Origin: Acidobacteriota bacterium
GTDB taxonomy: Bacteria > Acidobacteriota > UBA6911 > RPQK01 > G965248645
Length of the DNA stretch: 64,000 nucleotides
NCBI GenBank assembly: GCA_965248645.1
Contig: OZ252113.1
Span: 219,522 to 283,521, forward strand
Reading direction: 5' to 3'
Position 1 is the first letter of the stretch. Every line of letters starts with the position of its first letter. A program made the position numbers and the translations under genes. Below are positions 20,016-30,255 of the stretch, piece by piece. The notes under the pieces are model-generated. The model saw only the letters and a list, made by a program, of their open reading frames with translations. It had not been told where the DNA came from and ran no database searches.

Positions 20016-20471
20016 TTATAACAAGTGACGCCTGGGGTTGAAGCTGGCTGTAGATGGTGTGTATAGAGCAAGAACACTCCACCAGTGGGTTAGGTGTCGA
20101 GAATTTCGAAACGCATGCTTGAATCGTCCGGCGGCGATTAGCCTTATCCAGCTCATCAACAAGGCTGGTTCCATTGGGTGAGTCACGAGCTGTAGCTCCC
20201 CGTTTTTGATTGCAGCGATCCCTGAATTCACGTTCTTTTCTGCGTGAATCAAGCTGTGAGTTTGTTCCGGCTGCAAAAGTTGATGCAGATCGGAACTATC
20301 CACCAGGGGGATATGACACTTGAGAGCTATTCTTTCGGATCGGCGGTTAAAATCCATCCCTCGTGGATAAAAGAAATTGTACTCGATGGCGTCGAACAGT
20401 CCCCACCACTCTTCCAAGGATTCCCGCAGCACAGAAAGGATCGGATAAAATGGATGGGGTACATTGACCAT
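20016..20471 (-). CDS. Hypothetical protein immediately upstream of uvrC (same strand)
   Basis: 151-aa ORF with no recognisable family. Its stop is 10 nt before the uvrC start. In a region this rich in pseudogenes it could itself be a remnant. Confidence 0.3.
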   Translation of the reverse strand: MVNVPHPFYPILSVLRESLEEWWGLFDAIEYNFFYPRGMDFNRRSERIALKCHIPLVDSSDLHQLLQPEQTHSLIHAEKNVNSGIAAIKNGELQLVTHPMEPALLMSWIRLIAAGRFKHAFRNSRHLTHWWSVLALYTPSTASFNPRRHLL

Positions 20472-21040
20472 CTATTCTAGACCCTCATTTTCGCAAACGA
20501 TCTGAAAATCTCTTTAGAAGGGAGCATAGGTGGGAAAGTTATACAGAAGTATGTCCTTGGATTCTAACGTTGCTTTAACTCCGAGGATGAGCAGAATACT
20601 CTTGCTCCACCCATGGGCCTTCAACTCATTGTTTATGTAAGTTTACCTTGAGCCACCTCTTCTGTGGTGATCAACAGGAATGTTACCCACTGTGATAGAT
20701 TCACTTTCTCCGGCCATCTTCCTGGCCTAGAGGACGTTGCGAGGGTTTAACAGTGAATATTTCCTATCGACTCAGTATTCTAGGTCTACCACTTGTTCTG
20801 TGTCTAACACTGTAGTCAACTGGGTGTGGGAAGATGTCTCGCAGGTAAGCGTAGTACGACAGAGCCATGTACCCATGTACCCGCCGCGTATCCGGATGAT
20901 GTCTACCTGCGAACCACGTTCGAAGCGGGTTCAAAAAAGAAATAGAGTCCCTTGACTCTGGTTGTGTTATAGATCAGTGGCCTGTGCACTTGTACTCACT
21001 CCTTTTTATCCGGGATTTGTGCTAAAGTGGGGTAGGTTCC

Positions 21041-21673
21041 ATGAATTTACCTAACTCCTTGACCCTGTTGCGAATCTTCTTAGTACCTTTGTTATTGGTG
21101 GTCTTGCTCACCGGGCGTTTCCCGGAGCGTGAGCTCTTGGGTTGTATCGTATTTATAGCGGCGGCGGTCACCGACTATTTTGATGGGTATCTAGCCCGTA
21201 AGCGGTGGCAGGTGACTACAATGGGCACTCTTCTGGATCCCATCGCCGACAAACTGCTTGTTTCTGCCGCCTTGGTGTCCCTGGTTGAGCTAGGTATTGC
21301 TCCCGCCTGGATGGTGGTCGTGGTCATTGGCCGAGAGTTTGCCGTCACTGGATTGCGAAGTATCGCTTCAGCAGAGGGTTTTACTATTTCCGCGTCCCCT
21401 TTGGGAAAATACAAGATGGCCAGTCAGGTTGCCTGTGTCAGCTGCCTGCTGGTGGGGAGCCACTTCTCTCCTTTTCTTCTCGCCCAGCGGGTCGGGATCC
21501 TTCTTTTGTGGGTGGTCGTCCTTCTTGCTTCTCTCTCTATGGTTCAGTATTTCCGTCGCTTCTGGGGCCAGATAGACGAAAGTATTCGGCGGCAAGCCCG
21601 CCAGGAAGATGGACGATCGATTGGCTTAGTTGAAAGGCGTCGAAGAAGCTCTGATGCCGTTATTAACACCTGA
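21041..21673 (+). CDS. pgsA: CDP-diacylglycerol--glycerol-3-phosphate 3-phosphatidyltransferase
   Basis: 210 aa. NSLTLLRIFLVPLLLVV and the CDP-alcohol phosphatidyltransferase motif DYFDGYLARK....T.G..LDPIADK. Confidence 0.8.
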   Translation: MNLPNSLTLLRIFLVPLLLVVLLTGRFPERELLGCIVFIAAAVTDYFDGYLARKRWQVTTMGTLLDPIADKLLVSAALVSLVELGIAPAWMVVVVIGREFAVTGLRSIASAEGFTISASPLGKYKMASQVACVSCLLVGSHFSPFLLAQRVGILLLWVVVLLASLSMVQYFRRFWGQIDESIRRQARQEDGRSIGLVERRRRSSDAVINT

Positions 21674-22072
21674 TGAACAGTTGGAACTCCTTGGAATAAA
21701 ACAAAAAACATTTGGTCGGGCTGTATTGAGGGGCGAGTCTTGCCAGCAAGTTCCTCTGGCTTACTTGCTCGAGCTTGGAGCTGTCTTTGTAACCCTGCGA
21801 AGTGACTCCCAGCTCCGGGGCTGTATGGGTTATCTCTCCGGTCTCTTCTCTTTTCTAAACCGTGGTGGAGGAAGAAACCCCCGAGTTGGAGATTGAGATG
21901 TCTCTTCTCGGTCCTTTGAAGGAGATTGAGGCATCGGCCAGAGATTAAGATCGGAAAGCATGGACTGATCTTGCCCCAGGTTGCCCGAGAATGGGAACGC
22001 TTTAGCATGTTCTTGCGAGATCTTAAAGCAGGACTCTTAACCGACGTGTGGACAAATGGAGCGCGAATGTAG
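21654..22072 (+). pseudogene. AMMECR1-domain protein (AmmeMemoRadiSam system protein A) remnant with frameshifts and stops
   Basis: MPLLTPDEQLELLGIKQKTFGRAVLRGE...LGAVFVTLRSDSQLRGCMGY gives the GAFVTL...LRGCIG core of AMMECR1. The frame is then lost. In other frames, EVSLLGPLKEIEAS and IKIGKHGLILPQVAREWERFSMFLRDLKAGLLTDVWTNGARM reproduce the AMMECR1 C-terminal half (G.DGLIL.....LLPQVA.E.GW..EEFL..LC.KAGL..DAW). Confidence 0.55.
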
Positions 22073-22110
22073 GTCTTCACGGTTGAGGTCCTTACCTAGC
22101 CACCACTTCA

Positions 22111-23559
22111 ATGCTGAACCTCTGTCTTAGTCTTGTAGTCTCTTCCCCATCGGTGTTAGCTGAGAAAATACTTTACTATGATGGTAAAGTACCCTACATA
22201 GAGATCCGTTTGGACTGTCTAGCCAAACCGAAAATCCCCCCCCTTCCTCCCAATAGGAAGAGCCAATTTATTGCTACGTGCCGACCCGCGAGAGAAGGAG
22301 GGTGCTACGCTGGATCAGAAAGAAGGCGACTGCAACTCTTGCAAGAAGCGGCGCGGTGTGGGTTTTCTTGGATCGATCTGGAGAAGGATGTAGGTCGACC
22401 CTCTCTGCCTTCCTTCGTTAAGGTTATCCGATCCTATCATTCCATTGGAGAATTCCCTGCAGCATTGTCCGACCTTTTCCGGGAGTTGAAAAACCAGGGA
22501 GGGGACGTAATCAAGTTGGCAGTTTCTGTTTCCAATACTGTCGAGTTGGTTTGCCTCCTACGATGGATGGAGACTGCTCCACGAAGTATTCCCCATCTTA
22601 TCATGGGGATGGGGCAGTATGGCCAACCCTCCCGTTTCCTGGGGGGATTTCTGGGCAATTTCTGGGACTACGTCGCCGAATCCGAATGGAATATAGCAGC
22701 TTCGGGTCAGTTTACTCTGAGCCAAGCCCAGCAGATCTACCGTTTGCACTATTGGGAGACCATCCCGTCGTTGTATGGCGTCTTGGGAAACCCGGTGATT
22801 CAATCCCTATCGCCGGTCCTTTACAACCACCTTTTTTGTCATTATGGTTTGAACAAGCTTTATTTCCCTTTCCTGCTTGACAATCTGGGTGCTTGGTTTG
22901 GCTACCTTGCCTCCAGCCAGCTAAAGTTCGAAGGATTTAGCGTGACCTTGCCTTTTAAGACCGATGCGATCCGTTTTGTCGATACCCTGGATTCACCAGT
23001 GGAGGCTCTAAATACCATGGTCAAGAAGGGCTCCGGGTGGGAAGGTCTCTGCACCGACTATCTGGCCTTTCTAAAACCGCTTAAATCGAGGTTCTCGTTG
23101 AAGGGAAGTACAGCTGTCGTGTTGGGAAGTGGGGGGAGCGCTCATATGGTGGTCGCTGCACTTCAAAGCGAAGGAGTTCGTGTGACCGTAGTGGGGAGGA
23201 ATCGGGATAAGCTTGCTCAACTTGCAGTTACCTATGGTTGTGGATCGGCGCTTTTTTCCGATCTTCCTCTCTCGGCTACTCTCTGTGTAAATACGACTTC
23301 CGTTGGCCAGTATCCCCAACTGGAGGATTCTCCTATCCGTGAGAAACACCTCAATTCCGAAGTCGTCTATGATCTGGTCTACCATCCGAAAGAGACGCTT
23401 CTCCTGCGGTTGGCGGGCGCCAAAGGATTGCGAACGATCTCAGGGATGGAGATGTTCGTGGAACAGGCAGCCTTGCAATTTACCGCGTGGACGACCTTGA
23501 ATCCCGATAGGGGTCTGATGAAAGAAATGATTGAACAGGAGCTTGTCAGTAAGAGCTGA
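22111..23559 (+). CDS. aroDE: Bifunctional 3-dehydroquinate dehydratase (type I) / shikimate 5-dehydrogenase
   Basis: 482 aa. The N-terminal half carries an AroD-type I-like IEIRLDCL motif. The C-terminal half has the AroE motifs (LCTDYLAF, Rossmann VVLGSGGSAHMVVAALQSEGVRVTVVGRN). Confidence 0.7.
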   Translation: MLNLCLSLVVSSPSVLAEKILYYDGKVPYIEIRLDCLAKPKIPPLPPNRKSQFIATCRPAREGGCYAGSERRRLQLLQEAARCGFSWIDLEKDVGRPSLPSFVKVIRSYHSIGEFPAALSDLFRELKNQGGDVIKLAVSVSNTVELVCLLRWMETAPRSIPHLIMGMGQYGQPSRFLGGFLGNFWDYVAESEWNIAASGQFTLSQAQQIYRLHYWETIPSLYGVLGNPVIQSLSPVLYNHLFCHYGLNKLYFPFLLDNLGAWFGYLASSQLKFEGFSVTLPFKTDAIRFVDTLDSPVEALNTMVKKGSGWEGLCTDYLAFLKPLKSRFSLKGSTAVVLGSGGSAHMVVAALQSEGVRVTVVGRNRDKLAQLAVTYGCGSALFSDLPLSATLCVNTTSVGQYPQLEDSPIREKHLNSEVVYDLVYHPKETLLLRLAGAKGLRTISGMEMFVEQAALQFTAWTTLNPDRGLMKEMIEQELVSKS

Positions 23560-23640
23560 CCGTTACCGGCTTCCAGGTTGATCCTGACTATCGATGAGGA
23601 ATGATCTGTACTGCCGTATACCATTAGGGAATCAAGATTC

Positions 23641-24561
23641 GTGCCTCAATCCAGAAGCTTCACCGTTCAGGTTCCCGCCAGCAGCGCTAATTTCGGTTCT
23701 GGCTTCGATACGATTGCTACGGCACTGAGCCTCTACCTGGAGGTCAGGGTTGAGTGCGGGGGAAAGAGTGGGATTGAGTGGCCCGAGGGTTGGGATCTTC
23801 CTCTAGAGGACAATATCTTAGATCGCTCCCTACGCGCGGCTTTCCAGGTCCTGGGTCAGGAACCACCCGGTTTGCGCTTGGCCATCAACAACCCCATTCC
23901 CGTTCAGCGTGGGTTGGGGAGCAGTGGTACAGCCATCATAGCGGGAATCAAGATCGCCGAGCACCTATGTGCGATCAGCCTTGATCGCGAGCAGATGTTC
24001 GAGATCGCCTTGCCTTTGGAAGGGCATCCAGACAATCTAGCGGCCAGTTTGCTTGGAGGATGGGTTCTTTCCTGGATCTCCGGAGGAAAGATGTGGTCCG
24101 AAAGGTTGCCCTCCACCTTCCCTTGTCGATTTATTTTAGCCATACCCAAAGTCCTGATTCCAACTCGCGAGGCCCGCAGTATTCTTCCTAATCGTTATCC
24201 TAGGGCCCAAGCGATCTTCAACTTACAGCGCTGTGCACTACTGGTCCACTCACTCCATACGGGGCGCAGGGAATTGCTCAGGGAAGCGACTAAGGATCAA
24301 CTGCACCAGTCCTACCGCTCGCGACTGGTGCCCGGGATACAGCCAATTCTGGAGCGTGATGGTCTGGATAAGGATTTGTCCCGCGTGCTTCTGAGTGTAA
24401 CGATTAGTGGATCTGGCTCGACAGTGGTCGCGTTAGCGGAGGATCACTGGGAAGAAATCAGCAAGTGGATGCTCCAGACTCTCGCTCAGGCGGGCACCTC
24501 AGCGACATCACTCATACTGGACCAGGATCAAAGAGGGGGAAGAGTGCTTTCCGAACCTTAA
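23641..24561 (+). CDS. thrB: Homoserine kinase
   Basis: 306 aa. VPASSANFGSGFD, the GHMP motif PVQRGLGSSGTAIIAG, and EGHPDNLAASLLGG. Confidence 0.8.
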   Translation: MPQSRSFTVQVPASSANFGSGFDTIATALSLYLEVRVECGGKSGIEWPEGWDLPLEDNILDRSLRAAFQVLGQEPPGLRLAINNPIPVQRGLGSSGTAIIAGIKIAEHLCAISLDREQMFEIALPLEGHPDNLAASLLGGWVLSWISGGKMWSERLPSTFPCRFILAIPKVLIPTREARSILPNRYPRAQAIFNLQRCALLVHSLHTGRRELLREATKDQLHQSYRSRLVPGIQPILERDGLDKDLSRVLLSVTISGSGSTVVALAEDHWEEISKWMLQTLAQAGTSATSLILDQDQRGGRVLSEP

Positions 24562-24731
24562 GTATCCATCGATCAGGTGGTCCCTCTGAAGTTCCTCCAG
24601 TCCTCGAATTGTCTAGTTGCAGATCACCTGTTCCATCCTGGTAACTCGTCGTTGGCTCGAGTATTGCCAGTCAGCAAATACCTGCGCTAGTCCAGTGTAA
24701 GCAGTGCGAGGGGAGACAGAGCGATGATACA

Positions 24732-25760
24732 ATGACGTCCGTGATCGAGGATCGCTATTCACGCCAAATGCTCTTCTCTGGTGTCGGAGTGGAAGGACAA
24801 AGTAAAATAGAGGGCGGCCAGGTAGCAGTGATTGGTTGTGGCGCTCTGGGTACGGTTAGTGCCGAGATGTTGACCCGAGCGGGCGTTGGTCGGCTCACGA
24901 TCATCGATCGAGACTTCGTCGAAACGAGCAATCTTCAGCGTCAGAGCCTCTTTACAGAAGAGGACGCCCGACTGGCATTGCCCAAGGCGGTTGTGGCAGA
25001 GAAAGCGCTAATAGCCATGAATTCCCAGGTTCAGGTTAGGGGCGTGGTTCAGGATGTTTGTTGCGGAAACATCGAGGAACTCTGTCAGGGCGCTCAGGTG
25101 ATTGTGGACGGGACCGACAATTTTGAAACTCGCTACTTGCTGAACGATTTTTGCGTGAAATGGGAATGTCCTTGGCTTTATGGAGCCTGTGTGGGCAGTT
25201 ACGGGACTGCGTTTGCCTTCCGGCCTCAACACACACCTTGTCTCCGATGCCTGTTTGAGACGCCACCGACACCAGGGACCAATGAGACCTGTGATACCGC
25301 TGGAATTCTGGCTTCAGTCGTGCACATTGTCGCTTCCTATCAGGTGACTCAAGTGCTCAAATTGCTAGTGGGACAATCGCCGTCGGCTCAGCTCCTCAAG
25401 GTGGACGTTTGGCAGGATGTCTGGCGCACTATTCGAGCAGGAGGGGCCCGTAATCATTTCTGTCCCTGCTGTGGGAAGAGACAATTTCGCTTTTTAGAAG
25501 GAAAGGAGCAAAATCAGCTTACTCGTTTGTGTGGTCGGAATGCGGTTCAGATATCCCCGGGCCGTCCTTCTCGGTTGAACTTCGAGGAACTGTCTCAGCG
25601 ACTGCGAAAAACTGGAAAAGTGGACTTCAACCCATATATGATGAGGATTCAAGTGAACGGTTACGAGATCGCTCTCTTTCCCGACGGGCGTTCTATTATT
25701 CGTGGGACAGAGGATTTTTCCCAAGCGCGGGCCGTCTATGCTCGGTACATTGGAAATTGA
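24732..25760 (+). CDS. ThiF/MoeB/HesA-family E1-like adenylyltransferase with ~90-aa C-terminal extension
   Basis: 342 aa. RYSRQ..F..VGVEGQ..I....V.VIGCGALGT Rossmann/ATP motif, and the zinc-site pairs CLRC and CPCC. The tail RIQVNGYEIALFPDGRSIIRGTEDFSQARAVYARYIG is neither a rhodanese nor a recognisable ThiS. Confidence 0.7.
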   Translation: MTSVIEDRYSRQMLFSGVGVEGQSKIEGGQVAVIGCGALGTVSAEMLTRAGVGRLTIIDRDFVETSNLQRQSLFTEEDARLALPKAVVAEKALIAMNSQVQVRGVVQDVCCGNIEELCQGAQVIVDGTDNFETRYLLNDFCVKWECPWLYGACVGSYGTAFAFRPQHTPCLRCLFETPPTPGTNETCDTAGILASVVHIVASYQVTQVLKLLVGQSPSAQLLKVDVWQDVWRTIRAGGARNHFCPCCGKRQFRFLEGKEQNQLTRLCGRNAVQISPGRPSRLNFEELSQRLRKTGKVDFNPYMMRIQVNGYEIALFPDGRSIIRGTEDFSQARAVYARYIGN

Positions 25761-25847
25761 TACTTGAGCTAAGTCTAGATAGTTGGAAATCAGATCTCCT
25801 GGTGGGGGCATGATCTCAAGTCTTCTAGGAGTGGCCATAGGAGCTTA

Positions 25848-26753
25848 TTGGATCGTTCGCCCGTCAGAGCCAAGATATTTCACCAGACTGGACTGCGATC
25901 ACCCAATATGAAAACTGATGACCTGGAATGGGCAGGGAAGAGAGCTGCGAGGCGGACGGTAATCGGAGGAGAAGGTCGCCGCTACCAAGCCAGGATCGGC
26001 GCTGTGCTGCTGTTTCTAAGCTTGAGCTCCGTAGTTTGGGGTTGGGAAGAGGAAGAAAAGCCGCGCCAGGTCATCCAGGCGGCAATAGAAGCTATGGGCG
26101 GGCAGCAGTATCTGGATGTCCGCAATTCTCACAGCAGTGGGCGCTATTTCGTGTTCGAAAAAAACAGTAAGGGATTTTCGCGTTTCCTAGATTGGACCGT
26201 CTATAAACCTATCAAATCCCGTTTTCAGCTGGGAAAGGACAAAAATTCACAGCTGTCCATCTATAATCTGGAAACCCGTAAAGGGTGGAGATTGGAGGGA
26301 AAGTCCGATTTGGAGGAGATTCCGGAAGAGGAAATCGAGCACTGGGAGAGATCGATAAAGGACCATATTGATCTCTTGTTAAAGAAGCGAGTCCATGAAA
26401 AGGACATCTACTTGTATTACTATAGTCGCACCGATATTGCGGGCTCCGGGGATCATGAAGCCGTCGAGGTCTTGGATGCCAGCAATCATTCCACCATTGT
26501 GTTCTTTGATCTCGAGACCCACCTGCCGTCCAAAACAGAAAGCCATTTTACGGACAAACTGGGCATTCGGCACAAACGGGAAACTGAATTCTTCAACTGG
26601 CATACCATCCAAGGGATCCGCACACCCTTGCGGGTCGACGTCCATGTAGATGGTGAGAGATCCAACCAGCAGTTCCTAGAGACAGTGATCTATAATGTGA
26701 ATATTCCGCCGGAGTACTTCCTTGAACCCGAGACGAAAGAGAAGCGAGAATGA
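25848..26753 (+). CDS. Hypothetical exported protein
   Basis: ORF with an internal signal-like segment IGAVLLFLSLSSVVWG. The real start is probably an internal Met. No family recognised. Confidence 0.35.
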   Translation: MDRSPVRAKIFHQTGLRSPNMKTDDLEWAGKRAARRTVIGGEGRRYQARIGAVLLFLSLSSVVWGWEEEEKPRQVIQAAIEAMGGQQYLDVRNSHSSGRYFVFEKNSKGFSRFLDWTVYKPIKSRFQLGKDKNSQLSIYNLETRKGWRLEGKSDLEEIPEEEIEHWERSIKDHIDLLLKKRVHEKDIYLYYYSRTDIAGSGDHEAVEVLDASNHSTIVFFDLETHLPSKTESHFTDKLGIRHKRETEFFNWHTIQGIRTPLRVDVHVDGERSNQQFLETVIYNVNIPPEYFLEPETKEKRE

Positions 26754-27671
26754 GAGCTGGCAAGCATTGGCGAAACGAAGCGGTTAAGGAAAACACTTCT
26801 AGCATTCTCCCTAGCTCCCCGTGTCCCGTTCCGAGAGTAGGATGGTATTTGCGTGGTCGGATTTGACTGGACGAGGTCAAGGCACGAAGAGGCAGACGGG
26901 AAGGAAGCCTTAGGCAGCCATCTAATGTGTGGACTGGACTGCTATCCCCGCGAATTTTTCTTCTGACCGACGGTTTCCCCTATGAATGCGAGGAACCCTA
27001 CCTCGGTTCATTTCACATTGATAACCTAATTTTTGATTCTGGATACTTTAGCCATTTGTGGCGTGTGCTGCTAGCACTTGATGGATCTTTACTACTCGGC
27101 ATACTGAGACAATCGTGTTCGACCATTGATGAAATTGGCCGGGATGTTCAAAGTATCGTGTAGTTTCTTGTTTACAACGAGTATGGCACGCGGACAGGAT
27201 GGCTACAGCGGTTAATCCTTGGTCTCTATTTTGCTCTCAGGATTATCTTCAAGGTTCAGGCTCTAATCCTATCTACGGTCCAATCCCCCCGTTTGCTCCT
27301 TTTCATGATTGGTGATTACACTACCTGGGCTTTCCTTCGGCAGTGCGCGCCTAAAATTTACCCGAGAGGCGTCTGGTGCATCGATGAATTTGTGGTTAGG
27401 AAAGGCACTGATACATTTCCCGTCTGTTAGATTGAATAGAGTCCGCAGTGAAGCATCGGTCCGCCACTCCAAAGAAACATTTCTTCCTCAGTGGTCCAGC
27501 ACTGCTGGAAGCTACCGTGTCTCTGGTGCAACACCTATGTGGCTAACTGCATACAGTGGCGAGAGCTCTGTTTCTTCAATCCATTGTCATTTCAGCCTTT
27601 TCGAGAGTCTGGCGCCTTTCTTGCTTCCCTTATAAGGGGGAGGGAGTTTTTCTTAGGACTAATCAGAGAGT

Positions 27672-28568
27672 TTGTCGAGGGTCCTCAGGATGCAAACAAC
27701 TATTGCGGGGTTGGCCAAGATCTCTGGGGTAGGTCTTCACACCGGATGTCGAGTGAAGCTTGAGCTTAAACCAGCGCCGGAAGATAGTGGTATCACTTTT
27801 CGGCGGGTGGATCTTAACGGCTTCGAAATCGAGGCGTTGCGCAGCCATGTCTCCCGGGTGGTTCTTGCCACGACGCTGATGAAGCGTGGCGTCATGCTGT
27901 CGACTGTTGAACATCTTTTGTCGGCCGTTTATGGGATGGGGCTTGACAACCTTTATATCGATATCGACTCTTTAGAAGTACCGATTTTGGATGGGTCGGC
28001 CCTGCCCTTCGTGGAGCTGATGAGGGAAACAGGCATTGATCGACAAAGAAAAGAGCGCACCTTTTTGAAAGTTGAAAAGGCCTTCTGTGTCAAAGAAGGT
28101 GAGAAGTTCATCTCTATTGCACCTTGGCCAAGTTTCCGCATTACCTACCAGATTGATTTTTCTCATCCGGTCATTGGGCAGCAGGACTTGGACCTGGAGA
28201 TTACCCCTGACAGCTATGCTCGAGAGACTGCCTTTGCTAGAACTTTCGGTTTTTACGAGCAAGTAGAGAAACTTTTCAAACAAGGTTTAATCAAAGGCGG
28301 ATCGTTCGAAAATGCCGTTGTTCTTAGCAAGACGGGAATCATGAACGGGGGATTGAGAACACCTGATGAATTCGTCCGTCACAAGGTACTGGATCTAATC
28401 GGGGATATCTCTTTGTGCGGAAAACCGATTCTCGGTCACATCACAGCCTATAAAGCTGGGCACGCCTTACACGCTCGTCTGGCCACCGCATTGGCCCGTA
28501 GTTCCCGGTTATGCCGAGAAGTGAAAGAATCAGAAGTCATCTCCGATCCTATGGCTTTGACCCGCTAA
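27672..28568 (+). CDS. lpxC: UDP-3-O-acyl-N-acetylglucosamine deacetylase
   Basis: 298 aa. MQTTIAGLAKISGVGLHTGCRVKLELKPAPEDSGITFRRVDL, and the HKVLDLIGDISL and GH.TAYKAGHALHARL zinc-binding motifs. Confidence 0.9.
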   Translation: MSRVLRMQTTIAGLAKISGVGLHTGCRVKLELKPAPEDSGITFRRVDLNGFEIEALRSHVSRVVLATTLMKRGVMLSTVEHLLSAVYGMGLDNLYIDIDSLEVPILDGSALPFVELMRETGIDRQRKERTFLKVEKAFCVKEGEKFISIAPWPSFRITYQIDFSHPVIGQQDLDLEITPDSYARETAFARTFGFYEQVEKLFKQGLIKGGSFENAVVLSKTGIMNGGLRTPDEFVRHKVLDLIGDISLCGKPILGHITAYKAGHALHARLATALARSSRLCREVKESEVISDPMALTR

Positions 28569-28742
28569 TCTGTAGCCTTCCAACTCGTCTATTCCAAATA
28601 AGTTGTCGGTTTCGCACCGATTACTTCAACCAAAAACCAAAATAAAAAGCCAACTTCGTGTAACCCAGGTGTGAGAGAAAATCCGCATTAGAGAAAGGAG
28701 GGACGGATCCTCGTCAATCGCTTTAAGTATAATGTCGCCAGG

Positions 28743-30245
28743 ATGTGTTGGCGAGGACGCTTGAGGGTTGGGCTGACCGGTATCTGGTGCTTTGTTGCCG
28801 CTATTCTCATAACCCCAGGAGCCAGGACTCAGGATCTGGAGATCTGGACAGGCGAAACGAGAAGTCGTGTCGAAAGACGGCAAAGAGAGGATCAAACCTA
28901 TTGCAACCTGAGTCGCCTAGTCTCTATTGTGGGTTTGCACTTAGAGGAAAGCGAAAAACACTTGATCCTTCGAGGGCCTCGGGGAACGCTGAAACTGGAA
29001 GATGGGCGCCGGCTGGTGGGTCTTGAAGACCAGCACATCCTACTCTCAGGACCTTCTTGGAAGAGAAGAGCCAGGGACTGGTATGTTACTCAAGACTTTC
29101 TTGACAAAGCGCTTCCTCTGATCCTGGACCGGAAAATTGAGAAAATGGCTGATGACCGCTATCGGCTTGAAAAGCTCTTCGAGAATCACGTCCAAGTGAA
29201 GGTCGGCAATTACACTGATCACGTCCGTATAGTTTTCGTTTTGGAAAAGTCGTCGTCGATTCGGGTAAGGGAATTTCCCGGCTATATACAGTTGGAATTC
29301 ACCGCTTATCGAGTTCGAGCCATCCTGCCTTCCACCCAACCCGATTTTAGTTTGGTAGCTTCAATTGGGCTCAATCCCCACGATCTATATGGTGTATTTC
29401 GCATTTACAAAGGAAAGAGCTTCGACCACTTTCGAGAGTATTCCTTGGAGGGTCCCTCGAGAAAGGTGATCGATGTTTACGCTCGACCGGCGGCAGCCGA
29501 TTCCTCAGGCCCAGTCCCTGACTCGATTGGTTCGTCCGACGATCAAGAGGTTGCGTCCTTTTCCTCTCGCCCCGACGATGGTGTCCTCACTATTGACCCG
29601 GGACACGGAGGTGCGAATTATGGGGTACATCCCTCCCAGGAGCTGTTGGAGAAGACCTTCGCACTGCAGATCTCGAAACAGCTTGAGAAAAACCTCCAAG
29701 AGAGTGGCTATCGTGTCCTGTTGACCCGCAAGCGGGACGTCGATTTGCCAGTCGAGCAGCGCAGTTCCATAGCGAACCATTACAAGTCTAGGATCTACCT
29801 AAGCATTCACCTTGGAGGTTCTGCATTTGGAGAAACGCACGGGCCGGTGGTCTACATCCACCGCTTCTCCAGGGCCAAGGCTTCAGCCGTGGATCTGAAA
29901 GGAATTCGTCAGGCTCCCGATGTCGATGCAGCTGTGACTAAAGGGTGGTTAGGTGAGGGGTTCCAGTTGTCAGCATGGGAGAACGGGCAGTTGCACCACC
30001 TTGGAAAGAGTCGTGAATTAGCACAATTGATTCAAAATCAGCTTAACGATCTATTTGAGACCACAAATCGGGTCGTGGAGGCTCCTCTGGCCGGACTGGC
30101 TCCAGTCATGGCACCCGCTGTTTTGATTGAAGCCGGATTTCTGACCCATGAGGAAGAGGGCGAACGGCTGAAATCGCACAGCTTTCAGGGCCAGATTGCC
30201 GAGGCCATGACCATCGCTGTGCAAGAGTTTCTCGAGGAATACTGA
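28743..30245 (+). CDS. N-acetylmuramoyl-L-alanine amidase (AmiC-like, N-terminal AMIN domain + Amidase_3)
   Basis: 500 aa. Signal peptide. Catalytic domain TIDPGHGGANYGV..........SIH and the C-terminal E..FL motif. Confidence 0.8.
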   Translation: MCWRGRLRVGLTGIWCFVAAILITPGARTQDLEIWTGETRSRVERRQREDQTYCNLSRLVSIVGLHLEESEKHLILRGPRGTLKLEDGRRLVGLEDQHILLSGPSWKRRARDWYVTQDFLDKALPLILDRKIEKMADDRYRLEKLFENHVQVKVGNYTDHVRIVFVLEKSSSIRVREFPGYIQLEFTAYRVRAILPSTQPDFSLVASIGLNPHDLYGVFRIYKGKSFDHFREYSLEGPSRKVIDVYARPAAADSSGPVPDSIGSSDDQEVASFSSRPDDGVLTIDPGHGGANYGVHPSQELLEKTFALQISKQLEKNLQESGYRVLLTRKRDVDLPVEQRSSIANHYKSRIYLSIHLGGSAFGETHGPVVYIHRFSRAKASAVDLKGIRQAPDVDAAVTKGWLGEGFQLSAWENGQLHHLGKSRELAQLIQNQLNDLFETTNRVVEAPLAGLAPVMAPAVLIEAGFLTHEEEGERLKSHSFQGQIAEAMTIAVQEFLEEY

Positions 30246-30255
30246 GGAACAGGGT

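Noticed and set aside
21544-22080. 178-aa minus-strand ORF
   Set aside because: Antisense to the AMMECR1 remnant and the pgsA 3' end. Low-complexity Arg/Ser-rich translation. Judged spurious.
27030-27060. gattctggat string reminiscent of the tmRNA 5' end (GAUUCUGGAUUCGAC)
   Set aside because: No GGGG start, no downstream tRNA-like 3' end with a T-arm and CCA context, and no resume-codon or tag ORF.
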